Of a stretch of 64,000 bases of DNA, positions 12,571 to 23,458 are shown piece after piece. The position numbers and the translations under genes were made by a program. Origin of the DNA: Azolla caroliniana (Eukaryota > Plantae > Polypodiophyta); the NCBI GenBank assembly GCA_043228905.1, contig JBHGNT010000017.1, positions 15,438,001 to 15,502,000 of the forward strand. Reading direction: 5' to 3'. The stretch's first letter is position 1, and every line of letters begins with the position of its first letter. The notes beneath the pieces were generated by a model, which saw only the letters and a program-made list of their open reading frames with translations, had not been told where the DNA came from and made no database searches.

Positions 12571-15166
12571 TTACGGAGAATCACTACTATAACTAATATA
12601 CAATGACGATTCCTCCTCATCATCCTCGGATGTACCAATCAGTGCATTATCTTCGTCATAAACCAAATGGTTTGACTCTAGATTATATGTAGCAGATCTC
12701 GTTTGCCTTTGACTCGAGCCACCTTGTAGACCTGGTAATTTTTCTTTTATTATATCTATTGTTGACTTCCTTAATTGTCCGACTTTTGTAAGTGTGAAGT
12801 CGTACACGATGATATCCACATCAGAGATATCAAGGGTCGAGGTGTTACAAATGTTTCACTTCCTCTTCCTACCTCCCCTTCTTGTTGGGCATTCAATCAT
12901 CTCCAATGTATACTTACCTGTAAAAGCATTTGCACTTCTAGTGTTGTACCAATGAACATTTATAGACTTGATCGTGTTTTCTATTTCATGCATTAGCACT
13001 TCTAGAATTTTACCAACCCAAAATTGGTGGCCATGTGAGTTCTCATCAGCCGGCGTTGCAATCAACATCCCCGCGGTGAGCTCTTGCAAATTGCCTTGCC
13101 ATCTAGCTTTGGCTGCTTTGGTCATCCTTGGTCCCACATAAATGTCTCTTTGTTGTGGATGGACTAAGCTGTCATTAATTGCATTTGCTAGTTGCTCCGG
13201 AGTTCTATTTACGCGATCATGTTGCAGCGACCATGTGAATGGCATTTATCACCAGATACACAATTGGCATTTGCTTAGCTCCATGGACAATTGTACTCGG
13301 CATACAAAGTAATAACTGGCAACCACCTTTAGGTTCCCATGTTGTAGAAGATGAATATTGTTTACCATACAAAAGCGTAGAACCACTTATTTCATTTTTC
13401 TTTATCATAAAAATGTGATTGAAGCTTATATTGTTTAATTAGGCAATCACTTTAACATTCCCAAGACCCCCATCTGATATATATCTCTTAAAGTCATATA
13501 CCTCCTTCAAGTGTAACACTTTTGGGCGTGGTGTATATGCATCACAAATGACATCAAATAGTTTAGGTAATGTGAAAGCATCATGCCAAGACAACTGTCT
13601 GGAGAATGTGCTAAACATCTGATCTATATGGTCATGTGTGTGGCCAACCAAAAGAAAATTGACTTTCACTTTCCTAAACAATTCTTGGTTGACCAACATA
13701 CTTAGATAGCCAAATACAGTTGAATTTTTGTTCTCTCTAGCAGTATTGTCCAATTGAATGTATAGAATAGGGGGGAAAGGTTGGCCCCAAGACATCAAAA
13801 CTCGGTGAATGACTGTAACTGTTAGGTTAGGGTCATTGTGAACATTGGGGTATGTAATGAAGACGTGAGGTTCAACAGACCTATTATAAGCCAAGCATCC
13901 CACCAAGTGCATTTGAACAAGGCACTCATCATTGACATCTTTGGGGAGCCTCTACATATGCAGCAAGCACGTCTTCTTCTGGTCCATGCCATCTATCATT
14001 AAGCACATGTATTGTTCGGGCCTCTTCAAACACTTCTCTCTATGATGCATCACCTTCTTTCGTTCTACGGATTGTGCCTCACAATGCTCTTGTAGTAACT
14101 TCTTACTCATATCCTTTTCCATTGATGTCTTTGCACCTTTAGCCAAACTTTTAAGATTTGCACAAATGGAGCAATACCCCATACGTACTTTACGAGGAAT
14201 GATAACATTTGAAAACCGAGCTCTCCATAATCTTGTGAATTGGCTATAGGTGATAGACTTATTACGTGAGCCCATCATATCAGATCGATAGACATCATAA
14301 ACTTCCCGACGTGTATAATTATAAAAAAGGTGCATCCTACATGTAGTGGGCATTACTTCACAATTTAACTGAAAGTAAGTTTTCATCCAACCAATAGCAT
14401 GTCTTCCAATTGCACCTTTCATACTTGGAACCTCTTTACACTTGAGCATCTGATCCTCGCTAAGTAGACGTTGTTGTACTCTATGTAGCCGCATGTTACT
14501 AACACATAACACAATTTTGAATGCAACTCTACATATCTATTGCGCATGGAAGATATAATACTCGAATGATACTTTGATCCTTGCACATTTGTCAGATACT
14601 AGTTGCATATGTGACCCGAGGTAAGTGTCTTGCTCATCACCAGTCATCGAAAAATAGTATCGCCGTAATTCTCGCAACTTTGATTTTCCAATCATAGACA
14701 TACAACCACGGGCACAACATATTTTTTTGACATCAAATCCAATCTGTTTATCTGATGTCACCAAGCTAAATCTAGCCAGAAGAATTCTTCGTGGGATTAT
14801 TCTAATATGCATAGGGCTCCCAGATTTCTCTTCCTGCATAGAGGTTGGTGTAACCTTGTTACAATCTAATTCTTTGTTGTGACCATCGCCAATGTTATTC
14901 AATGTTTCCTTGGCACTACCTTCATTCTCGGTATCTTTATTAATATCGTATTCTTCAATAGAGAACTCTTCACATGTGTCATTATTTACATTCCCTGTAG
15001 ATGAGCTCAGACAATATTCTTCGATAGAATATGGTGAGTCTGTCAACAGACAATATTCTTCAATAGAATATGGTGACTCTGTCGACAAACAATACTCTTC
15101 AGTAGAAAACGATGAGTCTGATGACAAACGATATTCTTCAATCGAGAACGGTGAATCTTCACTCAT
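12571..15166 (-). pseudogene. Transposase pseudogene, RNase H-fold DDD type (Sola/DUF7869-like)
   Basis: ORFs 14537-15166, 13952-14512, 13439-13912 and 13217-13408 share one frame, separated by single stops. After one frameshift near 13240, ORFs 12856-13245 and 12571-12819 share a frame. Motifs: CC-x3-C, CxxC, IDGMDQKKT, QLDNTARENKN, FLLVGHTHDHIDQMFS. Confidence 0.8.
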
Positions 15167-15868
15167 GGCTTAAGGTCTAGATAGGGCTCTGTAAGTTATG
15201 TGCTTAGGGTAAGGAAAAAAACTAATAAGCTCCTCTCTAAACATACACTCCTCTCTAAACATAAACTCCTCTCTAAACAAAAGCCAAATCAATAGAATGT
15301 CTATATTATGTAATATTATATTAATACAATACATAAATAATTTATTTTTAATATAGTAATTGTATTTAAAATATCAATTATTATTTAAACTACATCTATA
15401 TGAAGTTAAATCAAGTATAATATAAATCTAATCATTACCAAGCCATAAATATGTTGGATTAATGTTAAAATCATTGGCTAATTAATGGCACCCATATTTG
15501 ATATAGAACCTCTCACTCATTGGTTCTTTAATGCTCACCATTTTAAATATTAGACTTATCAATCATTGGTTAATTCATGCCCACATCTTTAATACACAGC
15601 ATTTGAGAGTCATAAAAATTGTTTCTTTTAGTAATCAATCATTGGTACATTCATGAACCTCTATCATTGTCTCCTTCATGACCTTTGAAGTCATTGCAGG
15701 TTGTTATCACTATAAAAGATTGACCAATATGTTAGTTTGACTTTGTAATCATTAATGCAATCATAAGTTACTCTAGTTAATGTGACTGTGGTTACCAACT
15801 AACTATCCTCAAACTTACCAACCTTGGTTAAGGTGACTATGGTTACTTTAACCAATGTGGTCAATCCC

Positions 15869-15876
15869 TATAAATA
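15869..15876 (+). promoter_or_regulatory. TATA box of the methyltransferase gene
   Basis: CCCTATAAATAGG about 30 bp before a 9-10-bp-repeat leader (15900-15955) and about 200 bp before the coding region. Confidence 0.55.
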
Positions 15877-16074
15877 GGAAGACCTCGTCATATTTCACTC
15901 ACAAGAGCACACAAGAGTGTACAGAGCGTACAGAGCACACAGAGCACATAGAGTACTGTTCTTCATCTTCTTATTTATATTTTAATATACAACCTTAATC
16001 TACGTGACCACCTAACTTATGTTTTTGCATGTACTTTCTTAAATAGGTCATTTGAGAACCTGTCGGACCGACCC

Positions 16075-19000
16075 GTGAAGAAAATAAAGCTTCACATACA
16101 GAGTTCTCCAATCGAAGTCCAGACCAAGGTAGCTCTTGAGACCATGAAGAGAGGAAAAAAACTTCTCTTCAATGAGGAGACAAAATCTCAGCCACACATT
16201 GACGTTAGCCAAAAGAAACTTGTCGCCGCTACTGGAGGTGAAGACCTTCCTGACCATGATCTAACGGACAATGAATGATTTATGCAATATGTCGACTCAA
16301 AGAAAAAAGTCGTATTGTATACAACAAAGAAGAAGGGGGAGGGGCAACTTGGAAAGGAAACCCCATTTATGTATGGCCGTTTTCTACGATTTGATTACGA
16401 AGATGCAGATTCGGCCAACATACTGGTAATGATAGAGTGCTCCAAGGGGGTACGTAAAGTGTTCCTTTCAGAAGATCTTTTAGTAAAGGAATCTTGTGGG
16501 CCAGAAGCGTTCAAAAAAGATCTTGAAAGCTCACAAAACCTTATTGTTACCTTGAGGCCTTATATACAAGGCCATGTAACTCTAAGAGATGAAGTGCCCT
16601 CCCCATTGAAGGCCACAAAAAGGGTATCCAAAGTCCAGTCAAGACCACCAAAGAAGAAGACAACCAAAATGTCGGACACCGATTCAACAAGTGAAAACGA
16701 AGAGGAGGACAATAAGGGGACGCCAAGAGCTGAGCTGGCATCGGGTGTTTTGTCATCCGAGCAGAATAAGATAAGGAGAGAGTTAATGTAGCGTAAACTG
16801 GTCAGGAAAGGGCAAGTGTTTAATTTGCCTATAACACACATCCATCGACCCCCTATTGATGAAAAAACAGGTCAACGACCACTTGAGATTAGAGAGCCAC
16901 ACCGCATGCATGTTCAAAATCTCAAGAAAAAAATGAAAATTAATCCTCATGCCACTGTGGTGCCTTTTATTGTTATGGTAGATCCTGAAGAATGTGAAAC
17001 CATTGAAGATTTTGATATTAGAAAGCATGATCAATATAATTACTTTGTCATTGGTGGATCGCATTCAGCGGAGGCACGTTGGCAACTTGTGAGAGAACAT
17101 CCAACGACTTTCTTCTTCAAGTATGTCGAGTGCAAAATTTATGTTGGGCTCACAACCGAAGAGGCTAAGCTGTTGGCATGGGACCATAATAATGATAATG
17201 ACTATAGGCAGAAAATGTCGTCCATTGAGGATATACGGTTCTTCCACCACGAGTATTTGGACGTGAAACAAAAGTTTGGTGTGAAGTTACATCCAGGCCT
17301 ACGACGTCAATGCATGAAGTCGGCATTGTTGTAGATGATAATGTTAAGTCCGATGGTCTTCGAAAATATGAGTCTTGGTTTCAATTGGCATTTACAGATG
17401 GAGAAGTATGGGACCTACAAGATCAAATCTTCTCAATGTGGGAGAATAAGGAGGTAAAGGGTCAACGACAAAAAAAATGTAAGGTTGACCCTCAACTAGA
17501 GTTAAAGTCACAAGCCGCCAAGAAAATTGACTTGACAATTGAAGAAGCCGCAGACGACATGAAGCTGTCTCTGTGGAGAGCGATGCAAGGTATTAAGGAC
17601 GAGCAGCTTCTTGTGTCTGTTTTGTCAAGGGTTGTGGCGAAAGATTTAAGCCTTGAAGAAATGATCATTGAGTTCAATAAGTAAGTCTTTCAAATATTGA
17701 AATTGTAGTCTATATGGTGTAATTCAAAGTTCTAATCTTGATTTCTAATTTTACAGTCATAAGGTGTACATGAAGATCCAAGAAGTTATGATGAAACAAC
17801 TTGGATGTATAACTTGGGAACAAGTGACCGAGGATTATCCTCTAACGTCTTCATATAAGGCGTTATCAGAGTATTTTATTGCATTCAAGGATTGGGTTAG
17901 TATTGATGGTTTTTCATTACCCTTTCATTATATGTAGAGCTTGTATAATAATACCTGATGTCCTATTGCTTCTATTAGAAACCGTGTCGAGGCAAGAAAT
18001 AAGGAGAAGTTAAGGATATACACGATTTCCCTACATCCTTCCTTGCACATCTCGAGTAGGCCAGAAAAGAAAAGGATCGTCGCTTAGTCAAAGCGTATGA
18101 AATGGAGGAAGATGGCTCCTTTAAAAAATTTAGCCACAAAAAAGATATTATGAGAGATCTTTACTACAATGTGGTTTGCGGTGATGTCGTCGACTTGATC
18201 CAAAAGGTGCCAAAGAAGGAATATACGCTAATGATTGCAAATATTCCTTACGGATTTCGAATGGCTAGGTCATCATACGACAATGAATTGTTTAGGTTTA
18301 AACAATTGGAGAAGATGGTCAAGGATTTCGCTGAGCTAACGACTGCATCCTTGTGGCGAATAGTTGTCTTTCATAGTATGGACCAAGGATACTCGGTAGC
18401 TCAAGCTTTGAGATCTCGTTGCCATGACATCGAGAACCTTGCATGGTAAGGATTATTTATAGGTGTCTTTCACTATATTGCATTTCTTAAGGTTGTTCAA
18501 TCTATTCTTAACTCGATGTATTATTTTTTATAGGATCAAGACCAATGTAAATAGAGGGCCAACTTCTCGGTTCGTTAATGCCATTGAATACATCACGGTT
18601 GGCTACTTCAATGAAATTAAGAAACAGAGAATCAAGGAACATTCTAATGAAGTGGGATGTTCAAATCTATTGGTATATCCAGCAGTGACACGGAAATTGC
18701 GACATGTCACCACGACAGAACGGGGACTTGTTAACCCATATCAAAAACCTCAACAACTTATGATGCGCTTGATCGAGATGTTTTCTATCGATTAGATCTC
18801 TTTTCTGGCACAGGTATTCCTCGAATTAGGGTAACGATCTTGAGATAACCAATCCCGAATCTTTTTTGTTTGACAACTAAATCTTCTTGTTACTTACATC
18901 ACAGGAACGACGTCTGCATGTGCATTGAAGCTCTTTAGAAATACAGTTGCATTGGAGAAAGACAAGGACCAGGTTATATTTATTAATATGTGGATTAAGG

Positions 19001-19257
19001 CTTTGTGGGAGTGCCCAGACCAGGATGAGGAGGTCGGTGCAAAGAACCTCGCTAATAGAAAAAGGTTTCAACCTGCTTCACGAGAGCCTATTCCTCCATT
19101 AGCCGGCGAACCAAGGGAGCTAATAGAGCTTGATGATGAGCTTATAGAAGATATTTCGTTGGCTCGGCTAATAGGGGAAGCCAATGCACGTATAGCCGAA
19201 GAGAGTTCTACACAAGATGATGAAGAAAATGACGTTGATGAATTTATTGCTATGTAA
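16075..19257 (+). pseudogene. ParB/Srx-like domain + beta-class DNA amino-methyltransferase (N6_N4_Mtase-like) fusion, intron-containing pseudogene
   Basis: Exons ~16075-17680, 17757-17895, 17979-18445, 18534-18813 and 18905-19257 are joined by four GT-AG introns that keep frame. ParB-like YFVIGGSHS lies at 17041-17067. Methyltransferase motifs in order: CGDVVDLI...LMIANIPYG (motif IV), NPYQKPQQLMMRLIEMFS (motif X region), LDLFSGT|GTTSACALKLFRNTVALEKD (motif I/II). Four in-frame stops and two frameshifts. Start codon uncertain. Confidence 0.82.
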
Positions 19258-19684
19258 TAGACTCTATGAAGAAAATGACACTGACGATTTGTTAGGATTT
19301 CACATTATTAATACAAAATTTGGGTTTTACCTAGTGGATTCTATTCTTTATAATCTTCTCTATGTTTCAATTTTATTTTTATATTCTTGGTTAGTAGATT
19401 TATGACATTGGTTTCACCGCGTGCATAGCTGACTACCAAATTTATGGAGAAACATGAATTAGTTTAAATTGAGGCTGATTTTGGTCCAAGCTAACCTTAA
19501 CAGAACATGACCCTACAATTGTTGCCATGACTGTCCATGTTGTTATTATGGATCTTTGTCTTCTATTGTTAAAACTATTATGTTTCTATTCCATTGCTGC
19601 TTAGATTGTGTAGTGTGTTGATAATGGTTCCAGTTGCGTTATCGTTTGGAGTTTGATCTTGTGTGAATCACCTAAGCAATATTG

Positions 19685-19925
19685 TAGATCAATTTTAAAT
19701 ACAGGTATGAAAGCCTAATAGGTTTGTTATTTCCACGACATTATCCTAAAGTTCACTGCCTTACATTGTCCACAATTATATACATATGGTTTGATCCCAT
19801 ATGAACAAACTGAGGAATAGATTAGATCAACTTTAAATACAAGTATTGAATACTTTAATAAGTTAGTTATTCCAATCACTTATCCTAATGTGCACTATCC
19901 TACATTTTCCACAATTACATACATG
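19685..19925 (+). repeat. Diverged ~105-bp direct repeat (2 copies) in the transposon 3' subterminal region
   Basis: tagatcaa(t/c)tttaaataca...ttatcctaa...tccacaatta occurs at ~19685 and ~19823. Confidence 0.7.
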
Positions 19926-20267
19926 CACATATGGGTCAAAGTATAAATTATAACTCATTTTATTAGTATGGATACAAGTACACCTGATATTTTTGTAAAA
20001 CTTACCTAATTAATATAAGTCTTTAAGTTAGTGTTTCCCTTGTCGCACAGTAGTGACATATTGAGCCATTGTTGAACTTTATTATGCCTACATTAACTTA
20101 TCAACGTGTCTAAACTTGCATGATTTCTAATGATCTCCACTCGTAGACCTATCATGTATTTTTATATTTGCAAATTCTCATCAAGTTGAGGAACATGTGA
20201 TACTAGTGCATCCAATTTTTGTAGAGAGGGTGTATTTGCTTCGTTTTAAGAAGATTCTACAAGTGGA

Positions 20268-20303
20268 ATGCGCAATCCTTCCACTTGTGAATGCGAATGT
20301 GTT
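20268..20303 (-). repeat. Right terminal inverted repeat (36 bp)
   Basis: ATGCGCAATCCTTCCACTTGTGAATGCGAATGTGTT followed by TTAA. Confidence 0.9.
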
Positions 20304-20384
20304 TTAACACCATGGTAACCACTTCAAATGCCATCATAGAGAGAATGAGAGAGAGGGGTCTAATTGTGGTGCTAAAGGGAGATT

Positions 20385-20677
20385 GAGCCTTCAAGTCCGA
20401 GCTAATCCCGACTCCAACAAGCCTTCGAGTATGACCAATCTCAACTTTAGTGAGCCTTTGACTCTGAGCTAACCTCAACTCTAGCAAGCCAAGTCTAAAG
20501 TAACCTCACTCCTAGTGAGCCTTCGGTTTGAGCTAACCTCAACCAACCCGCCTTCGAATCCAAGCTAGCCTTGAGTCCAATGAGCCTTCGAGTCCAAGCT
20601 AACTTCGACTCCAACAAGCATTCAAGTTTGAGCTAACCCGAATCTGATGAGCCTTTGAGTCTGAACAACCCTTGACT
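20385..20677 (+). repeat. Degenerate ~33-bp tandem array
   Basis: About 9 copies of a GAGCCTTCGAGTCCGAGCTAACC-like unit, followed by an LTR-type end (...gttgcacgaca) at 20837. Confidence 0.75.
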
Positions 20678-20911
20678 GAAGGAACCTTCATTTTCATTGA
20701 TGCTAATTTACATAAAAGGGAAATTTATATGAGGAAACAAATGAAGGGGGTTTAGGGGTCTTCTCGCATGGTATCCTCCATGGTTCAGGTCCCTCCTGGT
20801 TTCGCTCGAATAGGACATGCACGCACGTTGCACGACAAGGTTATGTATGTATGTATATTATGTTTGTATAAATGCTTATATAATTGAGTGTGTTGATGTA
20901 AATGTGTCAGC

Positions 20912-21207
20912 CATAGTATGAACCATGCGTACCATACGTGCATTCGCATTCGCATTCGCATTCGTGAATGTTTCAATCATTCACGTAAGAATAACACCCT
21001 CAAAGAATGATAAATACCATACTTTTGGATTAACTATTTATTATGAGGTAAATAAGCTTAAAAAATGGAAAAAAACAAAAAAAACATTAAAAAAATGGGA
21101 AAAAAGCAAAAAAAAAAACACAAGAATGTTTGAATAACATTTGCATTCGTTTTCCAACGTAGGAAAACGAATGTTATGCTAGACAAACACGAATTTTATG
21201 TACTATG
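20912..21207 (+). mobile_element. ~296-bp MITE, hAT-like (8-bp TSD GTGTCAGC)
   Basis: Ends CATAGTA...TACTATG. GTGTCAGC occurs at 20904-20911 and 21208-21215. Confidence 0.75.
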
Positions 21208-21358
21208 GTGTCAGCTATTAGGTAGGTTCAAGTAGTGTTGTGTGAGAAAATAAAATTCTATGCCTATTGTGATAACTATGTGTGTTTGTTTGTGTAAATG
21301 TATGTTGGTGTGTAGGGCTATATATATATATATATATTTGACAAAAAGATATGCCTAG

Positions 21359-21640
21359 CATAGTACGTAAATTTCGTGTTCGTCTAGCATAACATTCGTT
21401 TTCCTACGTTGGAAAACGAATGCGAATGTTATTCAAACATTCTTGTGTTTTTTTTTGTTTTTCCCCATTTTTTAATGTTTTTTTTTTGTTTTTTTCCATT
21501 TTTTAGGCTTATTTACCTCATAATAAATAGTTAATCCAAATGTATGGAATTTATCATTCTTTGAGGGTGTTTTTCTTACATGAATGATTCAAACCTTCGC
21601 GAATGCGAATGCACGTATTGTATGTATGGTTCATATTATG
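21359..21640 (-). mobile_element. Second, inverted copy of the same MITE
   Basis: Long reverse-complement match to 20912-21207. TSD ambiguous. Confidence 0.75.
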
Positions 21641-23458
21641 CCTGGCATTATAAAGTCATAAGAAATACAAAAGTTGTGTTGGATATACCAACCGATTCCC
21701 TTGTACTCTCATCATGGACAATTTGATGTGTATATATACAATAACCACACATAGTTTTTTGTACATTGATGTTCAATATTCCTTGCTTTCTCCAAGCCCT
21801 GAGCTTGGGTTCATGACCCTTGATTTGTGAACTCAACTTCCCCTTGATCTATGCAATATGGGTAGAAATTTCATTGCATGTTCATCAACATCCGTGATAT
21901 ATTCATGTTCATAGGTTGCAGATTTAGGTTCCCTTATATACAACCATCATCAATATAGAAATCCATGTTAATCTCATCAGTAAATACATCAATGACATGT
22001 TCATTGATGTAAAGAATCAAGAGATGGATTCTTGTGAAGTGGAAGAGATATGAGTTATGTGTGTGTATGAGAGAGAGAGAGAGTGAAAGAGAGACAAGGA
22101 ATAAGACACAGTGAATACGCAAGGTAAAAGTATATTAACAAAGGAGAAAGACTCAACATTATACAAGGTAGGAGGAGGGTGCTTTATGTAGTCACCCTCT
22201 CTCTTCATTAACTACAAGCCTCATGGAGCATGGGGAATGTGAAAGCTGATAAGTTATGTGTCATAGAATATGATTTTATGACTCATACTAAATGCTAGAA
22301 GACAAAGTGGTGACATAATGGTGACTCTTGACCGTTGGAGTGTCTCTTCACTCTCAAGGTGAGTTCACACACTAGACCAAGTTGAGCTTGATTCTCAACA
22401 CGCCCCCTCAAGCTCAAGTCGGGTCGGTTTCAGACGGTATCCGAAATCCGCTTCAACTCGTGTTCCGGAGTCCGCGTCGACTCGCGTCGGCTCGCTTTAT
22501 GCGGAGTTCTGGAATCCGTGCTCCAGCTTGCGTTGTGCGTAGTTACGAAGTCTGTGCTTTGGCTTGCATGCGTAGTTGCGAAGTCTATGCTTCGGCTTGC
22601 GTGCGTAGTTGCGAAGTCTATGCTTCGGCTTGCGTCTTTCTTCGTGGCTTTGCGTGGTAGATCGGCTCTTCGCTTCTACGTTGCGTGTTTGTGGAATCCA
22701 CGCGTTATTGCGTAGTGCGCGGTTGCGGAATCTACGCGTTATTGCATAGTGTCTTCAGTACTCGCCCTCAAGCTTGGCAGGTCAGGGATCGTCAATCCGA
22801 GATTAGTCATGAATTGCCATAGCTTGTCGGCTCCTAAGGCTTTAATGAAGATGTCGGCCGTTTGAAGATTGGTGCTAATGTGTTGTAGGTCTACATCGCC
22901 AACAAGAACGCGCTCTCGGATGAAGTGATAGTGCACTTCGATGTGCTTTGTCCGCGCGTGGAACACCGGGTTCCGAGCCAGATAGATACTGCTCATGTTG
23001 TCGCAGTAAAGGGAAGTCGGATCCTTGATGGGTACGCCCAGATCCTTCAAAATCCTCTTGAGCCATACGGCTTCACACGCAGCTACGGCTGCGCCCCTGT
23101 ATTCTGCCTCCATACTCGAAAGAGCGATGGTGGGCTGCTTCTTGCTACTCTAGGATATTGCTCCGCTGCCGAGGGAGAAAACAAATCTGGAGGTTGATCT
23201 TCTATCAGCTTTGTAGCTGGCCCAATCGGCATCTGTGTACTCCTCGAGTCGTATTGGCATCGCGGTCTTGTAGAGGATGCCACAATCCATTGTGCCGCTG
23301 ACGTAGCATAGAACTCGCTTAACGCAATCCAAGTGAGTATCATGTGGTGTTTGCATGAATTGGCTAAGGAGACCGACCGGATAACTGAGATCGGGTCGTG
23401 TGATCGTGAGGTAGTTGAGACTCCCGATGAGTTGCCGATACTGAGTCGGCTCACACGC

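Larger units (their letters stand above)
12203..20303. mobile_element. 8.1-kb TIR DNA transposon (Sola-like DDD transposase) carrying a ParB-like/DNA methyltransferase gene
   Basis: Left TIR 12203-12238 (AACACGTTCGCGTTCACAAGTGGAAGGATCGCGCAT) matches the reverse complement of 20268-20303 at 33/36 nt. TTAA lies immediately outside both ends (12199-12202, 20304-20307). Two divergent genes lie inside. Confidence 0.88.

Noticed and set aside
16075-19257. Bacterial or phage contamination as the source of the methyltransferase
   Set aside because: The gene has four frame-preserving GT-AG introns and a TATA box, and lies within TIRs contiguous with plant repeats.
12199-20307. piggyBac assignment based on the TTAA flanks
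   Set aside because: The termini lack the CC...GG ends typical of piggyBac and the transposase motifs are Sola-like. TTAA is palindromic, so the TIR/TSD boundary cannot be fixed from one copy.
20941-20970. CATTCG repeats of the MITE resembling the large element's TIR (GAATGCGAATG)
   Set aside because: The match is short and low-complexity, and the termini and TSD differ, so the MITE is not treated as a derivative.
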